In this document: positions 23,819-36,331 of the stretch, in pieces | How the letters are laid out: each line of letters starts with the position of its first letter | How positions within the stretch are numbered: position 1 is the first letter of the stretch | Origin: Eledone cirrhosa | Lineage: Eukaryota | DNA length: 64,000 bases | NCBI GenBank assembly: GCA_964016885.1 | Contig: OZ024753.1 | Span: 9,920,001-9,984,000 of the forward strand | Reading direction: 5' to 3' | The notes under the pieces: generated by a model | What the model was told of the DNA's origin: nothing | The model's input: the letters and a program-made list of their open reading frames with translations, nothing else | Database searches by the model: none | Made by a program: the position numbers and the translations under genes

Positions 23819-26122
23819 GATGGTTGCCAACTCGTTTTCGAGTACGGCCACTACTTTATATCCATGTAGGAGAACTCCTACCGATGCGCTGAACGAGTGT
23901 GACTTTTTAGTCCAGCCAGCGACTTGAAAACTCTGGTACAAACACTACACTTGTGACAATTATTGACACATAGTGCTGGGCCCATGGTACCATCTGACGA
24001 CAAGTGCAGAGAGATCTCCAGATATAAAGCAATGTCTGTGCTGTGAAGCTTTTATAGTGAGCAAAGGCACTGCACAAAGCCAGTCCCACTCTCTTAACCA
24101 AGATGATATTTACCAAAAAGAAGAACAAGTCAACATCATTGGATACCATCAGGGTTGCAGGTGTTATATCAGAGTTTTCCTTCTAGAATTCTGCCTTGAC
24201 AAAGGCTAAGGGGTCATCTCTCCCGGTGATTTTTGGATGGATATTGACTCTTAAGAGCTCCTTTGCCCTTTGACAGGTTTTGTTTTTAGTCCTGCAGGAT
24301 GTCCAAAGTCACCCTCCACCAAGAAACCTTGGTGGGGTTGCCAGTTTAGTCGCCAACGACTCGACCATGAGACAGGTTGTACTGGGATACATGTTACCAG
24401 TAGCACCAACTGGTGGCCTGACACACATATATATATATATATACACACATACATACATACACAAGTACACCTTTAGGTGTGAAATCTAAGTATTATCCCA
24501 AATATGCTAAAACTAAATTACTAAGTTGACATCTATTTGCTCCCCCCCACTCCTATCAAAAACACCACCACCACCACCATCAATGTCATCACTGGAATTT
24601 TAACTGAATCACGTTCGGACTGAAATTACAATTGTTTTTAAAACAAATACTAAATAGTCTGTGATTCATTTCAGTTTGTTTTTTGTGTGCATACATTAGA
24701 AATGAGTTAATTTTAACACAATTGCAGCTTTCCAGCCATGACCATCCCATCCCATAGAGTTTCTTAATCTCAACAGAACTTCTGACCAATAAATAAACTC
24801 TACGACATATTCTTGAATGTTACTGCACACACACACACACACACAAAACTCCCTCAAAATTAATAGAAGTTCTATTATTTCAAACGGTGAAATCTAAGGT
24901 TTCCCCCACCCTAACATGAATAAACTAATAAACTATACAAAAATAAGACAAGAGGCCTGTCCAGGCTCGACTAAAGCAGATTTCTTGCAGCGAAGGATAG
25001 AAAGTGAGATTAGGGGAAGAATCGACCCAGTATTATTAGATGGGCAGTATCGGTAAGGGTCGGACACCATGCTTTGACGCATAGAGTTACCTCCCTTTAT
25101 GATCTGAGTTCAAATCCCGCCGAGGTTAACTTTGCTTTCATCCTTACGGGGGTCAATAAAATAAAGTACCAGTAATGCACCGAGGTAATTGCTGGCCTTG
25201 TGCCAAAAGTCGAAACAATTATTAGACTGGTACTTTTTATTTTATTTTATTAATATAATTGATTCTACTTTTTTTGGCACAAGGCCAGTAATTACTCAGT
25301 GCATTACTGGTACTTTATTTTATCGATCCCGTAAGGATGAAAGGCAAAGTTAACCTCGGCGGGATTTGAACTCAGAATGGCAAGAGCCGTAACTCCATGC
25401 GTCCGACCCTCTGCCGATACCGCGCCAATCCACCACCATATTATTATATTAATATAATATTAATGAAATGATTGTGTACAGTGCTCAGGTGCACTACAAC
25501 TCATCAAAGGTGCATGTACAGTACATAGAATAATTGTTTCTACTTTTGGCACAAGGCCAGCAATTACCCCAGTGCATTACTGGTGCTTTACTTTATCGAC
25601 CCCGTAAAGATGAAAGGCAAAGTTAACCTCTACGGGTTTATATATATATATAATCCTTATCGAACTCTCTTCAGATTTTAGTCTTCACATTTATCATTAC
25701 TATATATACGAGAGAGATCAGTGAGGATGTAATGGCCACGTGATGTCAATAAACGAAGGGTGACAGGTTGAAATTTTACAGCTACACTAGTTTAACTTTG
25801 GAGGTAGAATTTATGTTTTTCCCGTGGTTTTTGAACGAATCTGACTTTCGAAATCTGCCTGAAATGATGTTTTTTTTTTTTTTTTTTTTTTTTAGTTCAC
25901 TGGTGGGGCAATGAGTACACTAGTATTTCTTGGGTTTGAGGGTGAAATGTACCTTTCTCGCCCTCTCCTCCATCTAACTAAAAACAAAACAATTTTCGAC
26001 TGTTTTGTTGGTCAGGTTCGTTTAAAACATTAGAAACTACAGAAAACAAAACAAAAACATATTCTACAATTTAAAGCGAGATTATAAAGAACCGCTACAT
26101 AAGTTAACAAAATAAAATAAAA

Positions 26123-26156
<34 letters not shown>

Positions 26157-26157
<1 letters not shown>

Positions 26158-26326
26158 CAAAGAAAGTGTGGTAAGGAACCAGAGTACTCGATACTTAGGG
26201 TAATAGGTAAAGAGTCAGGCCCCCGACGGCTGAGCTCTGGCCGTTTATACAGCTAGATCCGAACAGTTAGGATCTAGCTGTCGAAACGGCCGGAGCTCAG
26301 CCGTCGGGGGCCTGACTATTTTCCTA
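26157..26326 (-). mobile_element. Short (TA)n-flanked element with a 123-bp terminal hairpin (26204-26326). Second copy at 63756-63948
   Basis: AGAGTCAGGCCCCCGACGGCTGAGCTC...GATCC-loop-GGATC...GAGCTCAGCCGTCGGGGGCCTGACT. The unpaired extension matches 23690-23760 and 63880-63948. Confidence 0.8.
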
Positions 26327-26489
26327 TATATATATATATATATATATATATGTAGATAAATCTACCAAGAGTTTACGGTAGTGTCCAATCCGTATGAAGA
26401 ACTCAATGTATTCCGGATATCATGGAAAGAAGAGATGTAATGAAAATCCACTTTCGGTGAAAGATAAACGGTATACAGAGTCAAGATAA

Positions 26490-28403
26490 AAGATAAACCT
26501 GAAAGATCACAAATCTAACTTTAACTCTAATCCTTCTATTAGACTTATATGTCCCTCCAAATCAGATATTGGAATAATTAGCAAAAAAATTTTAGATAGA
26601 GTCATCCCACAAATAAGAAAATATGTTATTTTACCACTCTGGGAAAACACCTCCCAGGTAATTAATTGGTTTAAAAATATTAGGTGTAAATCTTCTGCTT
26701 CTTTCCTACAATTTGATATAGATAATTACTATTCTTCTATATCACCCATACTCCTGAACAAAGCATTAATATTTGCTAAAAATAGATCTAATTTAACTTC
26801 GGATGACATTAACATTATTACACATGCTAGACAAACACTTATTGAATTTCAGAATGAATACTGGACCAGAAACACATACAGTAATCTTTTTGATATTACT
26901 ATGGGTTCAAGCGATTCCGCCCAAATTACTGATCTTGTGGGCCTCTTTCTCCTTTTCAACATAAATGCCTCTTTTCCCCACCTCAAAGGTGGTTTATATC
27001 GTGATGACTGTCTTCTTCTTTCTAACAACCTTAGCCTTTCAGAAATCGAAAAAAACAAAAAGCATATTAGAACTTTCCTTAAAGACTATTATAATCTTAA
27101 TATTACTTTTGAAAAAACAAGTAAAGTAGTAAACTTCCTAGATATAACTTTAGATTTAGCTACGGGTATATACCAACCTTACCATAAACCTAACCAAAAC
27201 TTACATTACATACACTCACAATCTAATCACCCTAAATCTATCCTTAAAAACCTTGCATATAATATATCACTTAGAATTTCTAACCTTTCTTCTAACCAAG
27301 ATGTATTTGATAAAAATGCGACCTTTTATAATGAAGCTCTAGATAGAAGTGGCCACAAAAATAGATTAGAGTATATACCTTCTACTAAAAATACTGAAAG
27401 CATACAGCATAATATTACCAACAAACACCAAATGAAAAGTACACACCTAAATGCCACCCACAGTATACCCCAAAATACTAAATCTTCTAATATAAAGTAT
27501 AGTAACCCTCAAAAAACTACTCATCATACAACTATAATAAATATTAATAATAAAACTCCTAATAAAAAAGATAAAACACCTAAATCTACAAATATAACTA
27601 AAAATAGTTGTGGTGAGATCATTAACATTAATCCTCCTGGTAAAAATCATGATACAACATATAAAAATAATAAAAATAATAAACAACATAGAAACCGTAA
27701 TAGACGAGTTACTTGGTATAATGCTCCTTTTAATTTACAAGTTAAGGATAATATTGCTAAAAATTTTTTTTATATCCTTGAGAAAAACTTCCCGCCAAAC
27801 CACAAATACCATCAAATCTTAAATAGATCTACAGTTAAATTCTCATACTCTACAACAAATAACATAAAACAAAATATAAGTGCATATAATGCATATAAAT
27901 GTAAGAAAACCATAAGTATACCACCAGTACATCAAATTAACAATAATATCTCCTCAAATACAGAATTAACGAAAGGATGTAACTGTAGAAACAAAACAAA
28001 CTGCCCATTAAAAGGGAATTGTCTTGTTAACAACATAGTCTATAAATGTAATGTTAAAACTAAAGATTCTATCTGCTCATATATAGGAGCTACCTCTAAC
28101 AATTTTAAGACAAGGTATAATACCCACAAACATAGCTTTAAAAATGCCGCACTGGCTAATACAACATCTCTAGCAGAAAAAATCAATAGTTATAAAAATA
28201 AAAATATAAAATATGATTTGACCTGGAGTGTGCTCAAAAGAGCCACCCCTTATCAAAATAATAGAAAGGAATGTAGATTATGTTCCCAAGAACTATTTGA
28301 AATAATGAAGTCTAGGGATATCTTATTAAATAAAAGACAGGAATTAATTATATCGTGTAATCATAAACTAAAAAAAACATTTAAATATTATAAACCTAAT
28401 TAA
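26490..28403 (+). CDS. Penelope-like element polyprotein (RT plus C-terminal GIY-YIG endonuclease), Naiad-like, 5'-truncated
   Basis: The frame is open from about 26490 (KINLKDHKSNFNSNPSIRLICPSKSDIG). RT motifs FLQFDIDNYYSSI, TMGSSDSAQ, GLYRDD and VNFLDITL. CNC..CPL.G.C followed by IVY...YIG.T..FKTRY..H (GIY-YIG), then CRLC...CNH. Confidence 0.92.
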   Translation, partial: KINLKDHKSNFNSNPSIRLICPSKSDIGIISKKILDRVIPQIRKYVILPLWENTSQVINWFKNIRCKSSASFLQFDIDNYYSSISPILLNKALIFAKNRSNLTSDDINIITHARQTLIEFQNEYWTRNTYSNLFDITMGSSDSAQITDLVGLFLLFNINASFPHLKGGLYRDDCLLLSNNLSLSEIEKNKKHIRTFLKDYYNLNITFEKTSKVVNFLDITLDLATGIYQPYHKPNQNLHYIHSQSNHPKSILKNLAYNISLRISNLSSNQDVFDKNATFYNEALDRSGHKNRLEYIPSTKNTESIQHNITNKHQMKSTHLNATHSIPQNTKSSNIKYSNPQKTTHHTTIININNKTPNKKDKTPKSTNITKNSCGEIININPPGKNHDTTYKNNKNNKQHRNRNRRVTWYNAPFNLQVKDNIAKNFFYILEKNFPPNHKYHQILNRSTVKFSYSTTNNIKQNISAYNAYKCKKTISIPPVHQINNNISSNTELTKGCNCRNKTNCPLKGNCLVNNIVYKCNVKTKDSICSYIGATSNNFKTRYNTHKHSFKNAALANTTSLAEKINSYKNKNIKYDLTWSVLKRATPYQNNRKECRLCSQELFEIMKSRDILLNKRQELIISCNHKLKKTFKYYKPN

Positions 28404-30189
28404 TAACATTATTCTAGAATTTAATTTAATTTAAATGTTAGTTAACCTATAAATTTAATTTAATTAATATTTTATTACAGATGAGAAAATATTATGTAAT
28501 CATAAATTTTGAAAAACATTTAAATATTACTAATATATACTCAGTAATTTAATTTATAGATTAATTTTAATTTATTTTAACCTTTTATTATAATTTTTTT
28601 TATTATAATTCTTTTACAGATAAAATATAACAAAATAATATCATGTATCCAATGACGGAGAAAGAATTTTTAGTATTATAGACCTAATTAATATACATTT
28701 TGGAAATATATTTATTATTTGGTTTTAGTTTTAATCAACCTAAAACTTTAATTTTAATTTGCTTAAAATTAGTATCCTTGTACAGACGAATTGCAGAATG
28801 TCATGTAATCATAGAATGGGATGTGTTTTGGATATATACCTAGTTAATATATTCTGTGCAATTTTTTGAAAAAGATATGTATATCTATATGTATATGTAT
28901 ATGTGTGTGTTGTGTATGTGTATCTGTATGTATGTTTATGTGAGTATATATGTATATATGTGTATATATATGTATATATATATATATATGTGTGTATATG
29001 TATATGTATGTGTATGTGTATGTATATGTATATGTATGCGTATTAATTTTGATTTTTATTTGCATATAATTATATTATGATATTGATGAAATACAATATC
29101 TGCTTTATGTATTGTATACCTAATTAACATATACTAATTAACGTATACTATTGAAATAAATATATAATTTTTAATTTAGTTAACATATAATTTATATGCT
29201 ACTACCGATGTAATACTTTATTTTATTTTTATTTGGGTTTCTTTTCCCTATTACTAAATTCATCTCCTAATATTGATACCATAACGTTATTAACTTTAAT
29301 TTAGTTATAATGTAATTAATAATCTACTACTGTTTGACTTCATAATTCTGCTTCAAATATTATAAACCTAACTAATTTACACCTTGGAAATCAATATGTT
29401 GACTATCTTTGGTTTAATTAACATATGATTAATGGTATACTTTTTTGTTTTGAGATGCATGGATTTCGTGTTTCCTAGCACTGAAAATATGTAAGAACAT
29501 ACATTGAATTAAGATACGGAAAATATTATATGTTTCTTGAAACATATATTTACTTTGATCCCCTTCTCCAAACCCCCCCTTTCCCCCATACTATTATCAT
29601 CTGTTTTTGTAAGCGTATATGTATGAATATATGTGTAGGTGGGTGTCTATATAGGTTTTGGTATTTATTTCTAAATATAAAAATACATATATGAGCATGT
29701 AAATATGAATGTAAGATTGAGTGTGTATATATGATTGTACATACATATGTATGTATATATATGTATATATATGTATTATATATGTATGTGTATGTGAATG
29801 TGTGGTATGTATATGTGTATGTATATGTATATATGTGTATGTATGTGTATGCTTGTATATAGGAATATATATATGTGTATATATGTATGTATATGTATAT
29901 GCGTGTTTGTATGTATGTGTATATGGGTTCTGTATATATTTGTATGTCTCTCTATTTATATGTTTATCTTCGTATCTATGTGATATATGTGTGTGTGTGT
30001 GCACGTATGCATATGTATGTGTTTGTGTGTGTTTGTATGTGTGTGTGTATATATATGTGTATTTGCGCACACTCACATACACATATATATATATATATAT
30101 GTGAGTGTGTATGTGTGTCTGTGTGTGTGTGTGTGTGTGTATGTGTATATATATATATATATATATTTATGTATATATATATATATAGA

Positions 30190-30221
<32 letters not shown>

Positions 30222-30464
30222 GGTGTCTATGTGTGAATATATGTCTTTATTCGTATGTGTGTATTTATGTATGTATATATTTATGTGTATGTATGTATGT
30301 GTATGTTTGTATGTATATATATATATATGTGTATATATGTATATGTATATATATATATATGTATATATTATTCTTTATTATTATTGTAATATAACTTATG
30401 TGTATATGTGTATAAGTGAGGTTGTGTATGTATATATACTATGTGTATATATAAGAGTAATGAA

Positions 30465-30495
<31 letters not shown>

Positions 30496-30579
30496 CATGT
30501 CTGTGTTTTATGTGTGTGTATATATATATATGTATGTGTATATATATATATATATATATATGTGTACGTGTGTGTATGT

Positions 30580-30615
<36 letters not shown>

Positions 30616-30710
30616 GTGGGTGTTTGTATGTGTATTTATGGTGGTATGAGTGTGTGGATATATATGTTTATATATATATATGTATGTGTATATATATATA
30701 TATGAGTCTA

Positions 30711-30761
<51 letters not shown>

Positions 30762-31531
30762 ATGTGTGTATGTGTTGCGCGTGTGTGTGTGTATATTTAT
30801 ATCTTTTTATATGTGTATGTGTATGTTCGTGTAAATGTATGTGTGTGTATGACTGTATAGGTATGTGTGTATGTATGTATGTGTAAATATCTCTATGTGC
30901 GCGTACATGTATGTATGTCTATGTATATCTGTATGTGTATGTACATTATATTATATTTATTATATTTTATTGTTTTTATTTTTTTATTTTTCTTAATTTA
31001 TAGATACATTTATATTAGGCAGTCTGGTCTGACAATCTAATACTGACCCCTCCCCCCCCCCTCCCACCTAATTTCTGTATCTTGATCTTGAAAAATGTGT
31101 GTGCTAGTGTTTTATGTGAGTGACTTAATTTCTATTTGCTTATGATTTTATATCCACATATATAAATGTGAGTGGGGGAGTGTGTGTGTTTGTATGTTCG
31201 TGGTTTTGTGTATATTTATGCATATACGCACATGTATGTGTGATTATACTGATATGTGTGAGTATGAAAAAAATATATTTATATGCTTGACTCCATAAGT
31301 ATCATTGCGTATCTTATCAGCGCATTAAGCTTACAGAGATATTAACCTTGAAATTTTGTGTTTGCATCCATCTTTTTAGTATACACATACAAATTATACA
31401 CACATTATTGTAAAATATGTGTAGGGTTTTTACATGTATATACACACACCAAACTGCTTTTAACCCTTTGTGTTTTCATTGGTCAATTTTGAACTGATAT
31501 TTTGAATTGTTGTTATTATCAATAAATATAC

Positions 31532-31686
31532 TTCATTATTTCTGAAGACGGCGTATATATGGGTTAGGTATGTATATTTAATCTTGATAATTTGTATAAT
31601 TTTGTATAATTTTGTACATAGATCTGTTAAATATGCATACCAATTATAACACATATGTACCCTAGAAACGATCGTTAAATAGTGAA
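31532..31686 (+). ncRNA. Type I hammerhead ribozyme with a very long stem II
   Basis: TTCATTATTT-CTGAAGA(31542-31548)-stem II (GTATATATG/CATATGTAC, GTTA/TAAC, GGTATGTATATTTAA/TTAAATATGCATACC)-GAAA(31665-31668)-CGATCG-TT-AAATAGTGAA. Confidence 0.8.
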
Positions 31687-33222
31687 CTTTTTTTGTTTAA
31701 TATAAGGAATTGTTTGTTCATTATTTGTTTAATATTTTATATATATATATATATATTAATTACTGACAGTTTTAAAAGTCTGAATTGTTCAAAGTCCACC
31801 GAAAGCCGCAGAACAAACAATTTTCACCTCCAACGCGAGACAGATGTAATTGTAAACATTATCAAAGGCAGCATGGTTGGTTTACGTCATTCATTGTAAA
31901 CGTGAAAAAAATAATAATAAAAAAAAAAAAAAAAATCTACATTTCCCCTTTCCAATAATTAATTCAACCAGACTCCGAGAATAATGGTTGAGACAATTAA
32001 CAATACCCCTATCACTAAATTAATGACCACCGTGTATTACCAACGATAGAAATAAATATACTGGCCTTAGCCTGACCTGACATGACCAGACCAGACCAGC
32101 AAGTCTTTGAATCAAATGTCCTCTGATATGTCAAAAAATAAAAATAAAATCGTTATTTACTACAACTAACTCTAGCAGGAATGGGGGACCTTTTTGAAAA
32201 CGTAAAATAAAATTAAATTTAAAAAAAAAAAAGGAAATCCCTCGTGTGCCCGTGAAGGTTTTTAAGCATCGTTTTTATAACAAATATATTTTATAAATTA
32301 TCTTATCGAATTACCAAACCAAGTGACATGAAATTCAGTGGAACTTTACAAGAACTTACACCAACATTGAATAGTCGATATTAAAACTTAAATTCAGACT
32401 GCCACACACGTGTATATATATATATACTCTGCTATGTATTGAGTACCTTACTTACTGTGGTTACCCCCGAGATAAACATATATACATGGGATAACAAATT
32501 ATCGTTTTAGGTAATCCAGTTAGAGGTTGTTAGTATTCTGTTAATACTGTAAATAAAACCCTTTTTGTACAGCCGACCATGTTATTCTTCACTCTTTCAC
32601 TATATATATATGTGTGTGTGTGTGTGTAAAGGTTAACGAGATATCGTTATGGGTTACCTTAGTTCAAATTAATCATCTTTTTACTTCTTATATAATAGTA
32701 ACAAACGAAAGATATACACTTTATATCATCTCTATTTATTTCATTATATATATTTCGAAGTAAATCCCGCCAAGGTTAACTTTGCCTTTCATCCTTACAG
32801 GGTCGATAAAATAAAGTACCAGTAATGCATTGAGTATTTGCTGGCCTTGTGCCAAAAGTAGAAACAATTATATATATTTCGAAGATGTAAAATGTTATGT
32901 ATAACATAAAGCAAAACATGTTCTCACACAAAATACATAGAAACTGCATAATTTTCTCCTGATATGCTGGTAGACAAACGAACTGGGCAGATCGATGACC
33001 ACCAGACTCTGTATCGAAAAGATTTGCTTGGTATATTTTGCACCTGTATTACCTTAAAGAATATATTTTCACTCTTCACCATTGCTCCTTATACTTTGAT
33101 ATCTGTATAACATAACATCCTTTTGTCACTCCTGCTTTTCAATATGATGTCATTGTCAATAGTAATGTATTTTTATGGATGTTCTGAGCACTAGGATTAT
33201 AATTACTTGTTTAAACACTGGA

Positions 33223-33269
33223 TGCTCCGATGATTCTAGACATTTGTCCGAAAGAAACAATTGTCAGCA
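33223..33269 (+). ncRNA. Minimal hammerhead motif with a core substitution (CCGATGA)
   Basis: TGCT-CCGATGA-TTCTAGAC ATTT GTCCGAAA-GAAA-CAATTG-TC-AGCA. Palindromic stem III loop and GUC triplet. Confidence 0.7.
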
Positions 33270-33457
33270 ATTAAATGTATTAAACTAAATGTATTAAAAT
33301 TTAATTAAATGTATTAAAATGTAATTGAATGTATTAAACTAAATGTATTAAATTAAATGTATTAAACTAAAATCTGATTGTATATATATATATATATATA
33401 TATATAACAATCAAATTTTAGTTTAATACATTTGGTGATTCTATAGACATGTTTTAT

Positions 33458-33493
<36 letters not shown>

Positions 33494-33652
33494 TTTATAT
33501 CTGTATTTTTAACCGTTGGTCAATCAATGATAAACATTGATTGCCAGATAAATTAACTATGGAGATATAAAAGATACAGACGCGAAAACCAATCCAAACT
33601 AAACAGTGAGTGTGTTTTATTATTATTTCTGGCAATAATATATATATATATA

Positions 33653-33848
33653 TAGTGTGCTTTTTACGCGAAGATGCGTCCGTGAATGCGGTGCGTAGAA
33701 CAAATTCCTGTAATTCAAGTCACATTTCTGATAAATGAAAACAAAATTAAAAGCTACACGCGCTAAATGGATATTTAATATTTTCTCAAGAGGCGTTAAA
33801 TTGAATCCGCGTACTTTAAGTTCTTCGCGTAAAAAGCGAACAGACTGT
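33653..33848. mobile_element. MITE-like element with terminal inverted repeats
   Basis: GCTTTTTACGCGAAGA at about 33659 and TCTTCGCGTAAAAAGC at about 33822, between dinucleotide runs. Confidence 0.55.
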
Positions 33849-34274
33849 GTGTGTGTGTGTGTGTGTGCGCGCGCATGGGGGGGGGGGAGTTATCCACAGT
33901 AAACAAGGTACTCAATAAATAGCAGAGTATAAATATTTCCTTCGAATGAAACAGTTCTAGTCCTGTAGAAGCCATTTATATATATATATATATATATATG
34001 GCGGTGCCCCAACATGGCCTCAGCCTATCGGCTGGAATACGACATAGTAATACATATATATGTGAGAGAGAGAGCGCGCACGTGCTGTTCTAGTTAAATT
34101 CAAATTGGGGAATTGAAATGGACCCTTTGTGAAAAATTAAAACATAGCTATGTAACATTACTTGCTAGCCAGAGTGACCAAAATACTGCAGCTATTACTA
34201 TTATTAAATAATAAATAGTTTTTAACGATAACTAAAAAAAGGAAAACAAATAGTTAGTTGGACACAAAACTTAC

Positions 34275-34301
34275 AGTCTGGCCCTGACATAGTTTCCATT
34301 G
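34275..34301 (-). CDS. Candidate short upstream coding exon of the TGIF-like gene (METMSGPD)
   Basis: Minus strand ATG GAA ACT ATG TCA GGG CCA GAC T|GTAAGT. The consensus donor is in phase 1, matching the acceptor at 18859. No homology or transcript support. Confidence 0.4.
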
Positions 34302-36331
34302 CTGGTAGGTAAGTGACCTATGGGTTGTTGAAATGGTCTGAATAAGATCATCACCCATCAGTCAATTTATTTCACAATCACATGGTCAAGGGAGTCATTT
34401 TTTAAAAATTTTGAATAACAATAACTACTATTGTTGAATACAAAAGAAAGAAAAAAGACCAGGATGGTAACAAAGTAGTAGTAGTAGTGATTGGTCATTT
34501 AAAATAAATTAGAGAGCGATGGGTAATGAGAAGTAAAATAAGGTGTTTTAAATGCTTCTCTTCGTTACTAAGGGGTCACAAATTAAATAGAAGAAAGCAG
34601 CAGTATCTTACATACACATAATCAATTAATTATTGCTAGGAACCTTAAAAATATAATACACAAAAATATATACCGTATTTCCCGGCGCCGAAGACGCTTC
34701 GTACCCTAATTTTGACAACCAAAAATTTGATTAAAAAAATTATAAACAACCTTCGGCCTCCAGACTTTGAGACAAGATATTAAACAAGAGAGGTTAACAC
34801 GATATCAAGTCAATTAAGCAACGATCACTTAGGATTAGAGTATATATATTTAATAGAGTTAACTCGATGTCAAACCTGTTGGGATTTCTCATTAATTATC
34901 ACTAGCCACGTGTCGAATTTTATACAGCAGTCGTCAAATCTCAAATATATATCGAATAGGCTACGTAGCCGGTAAACCCTAAAGGGACGTAATACACACA
35001 TCGCTTTAGCGTTTCAGCAGCCCCTTCCTTCCTCAATCATTCATTAGATGTGTGTGTTTATAATAATTATTTTGTATAATAATTATTTTGTATTTATGAA
35101 TATGTACGAGTAGATAAGTGTGTGTGTGTGTGTATGTGTGGGTTTGTACTTCTGTTGTCTGTATATGTTTATATATTTACCTGTAGATGTGTGTATATGT
35201 AACTAAAGCGCAACGTACGTTACGAATGGACAACTAAATGATTTTAACTTGTTTTTTAACAATTGATGGTGTAAAAGATAGATTTCAAATTGTCTTAACT
35301 CAGACCGTAAAGGGCCGCAACACATGGTGTCTGACACGATTACCGGCTTCATAGCCTCTTCCAAATTAAATACAACACTTGTCAAATCTCAAATATATTT
35401 CACAGCCAAATACTTGTGAAATATTTATCAGATTTCACTTAATTTCAAGGCACATCTACAGATTATCGATCGGCGTCATCCATTTTGGAAACTTCTGTCT
35501 TAGAGTAAAGGATAAAGATATCCCATAACTCCTTGTGGAGTGGTAGAGGCACCGTCAAACGACGTGCCTGGGGCACTTTTAAACCTGGCGGAGCCCAACC
35601 CTCTCCAGGTCTGACTGAACACAGCCGATTTTTTTCTATAGAGGAAGAATCGAACCCAGTACTGGACTGGTACTTTGTTTTTATCGACCTCGAGAGGATG
35701 AAAGGCAAAGCTGAACCCGGCGGGATTTGAACTGAGAGCGTGCAATGAGGTGGGACAAATACCGTAAAACATTCTATCTGACGTCTTAACCACTCTGCAA
35801 ATTCTTCTGTCTTAGAATAACGTCAAATTAAGTTGGTTGCTTGTTGTTTAACCCTAGGCAAGCTTTGATTAAATCTATAGCATGCATATAGGTAGGGTGG
35901 ACTGGGTGATTTTTTTTCCATGGCACCAGTACAACAACCATTTGACAGTGTGGAGCAGGTGATTTTTTTTTTCATAGCACCAGTACAACCATTTCACAGC
36001 ATTTTTTCCCCCATGACACCTAGACTACCACCTTACAGAGTGGACTGGGTGATTTTTGCCATGTCTGGGGTAAATATGTTGAGAGAATTGCCTAAAATAA
36101 TGTGATTTAACCATTCAATAAATAGAGATCGATAACATGAGAATCAGACGAAGTACAGGGGTTGATATAATTGACTAAAGAAAAAAAAAAGCTACTGAAG
36201 GTCGTGCCCCAGGATGGCCACACACCAATAAGTGAAACCTGTTGAAGGACTTTAAAAATTGAAAATAGATATATGTAGATTAATATAATCATATTTCATA
36301 ATCTCTTAAAGGCTCCAACATTTGTTTCTAT

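Larger units (their letters stand above)
26490..31740 (+). mobile_element. Probable extent of the Penelope-like element: ORF, microsatellite-filled 3' region, terminal hammerhead and (TA)n
   Basis: The ORF is followed by 3.3 kb of AT/TG-rich sequence with no other recognisable element. A same-strand hammerhead lies at 31532-31686 and a (TA)n run at about 31738. The 3' boundary is inferred. Confidence 0.6.

Noticed and set aside
28403-28800. Possible SECIS element, since some Naiad elements encode selenoproteins
   Set aside because: There is no in-frame TGA in the visible ORF and no convincing SECIS stem-loop by eye. A SECIS search on full-length copies would settle it.
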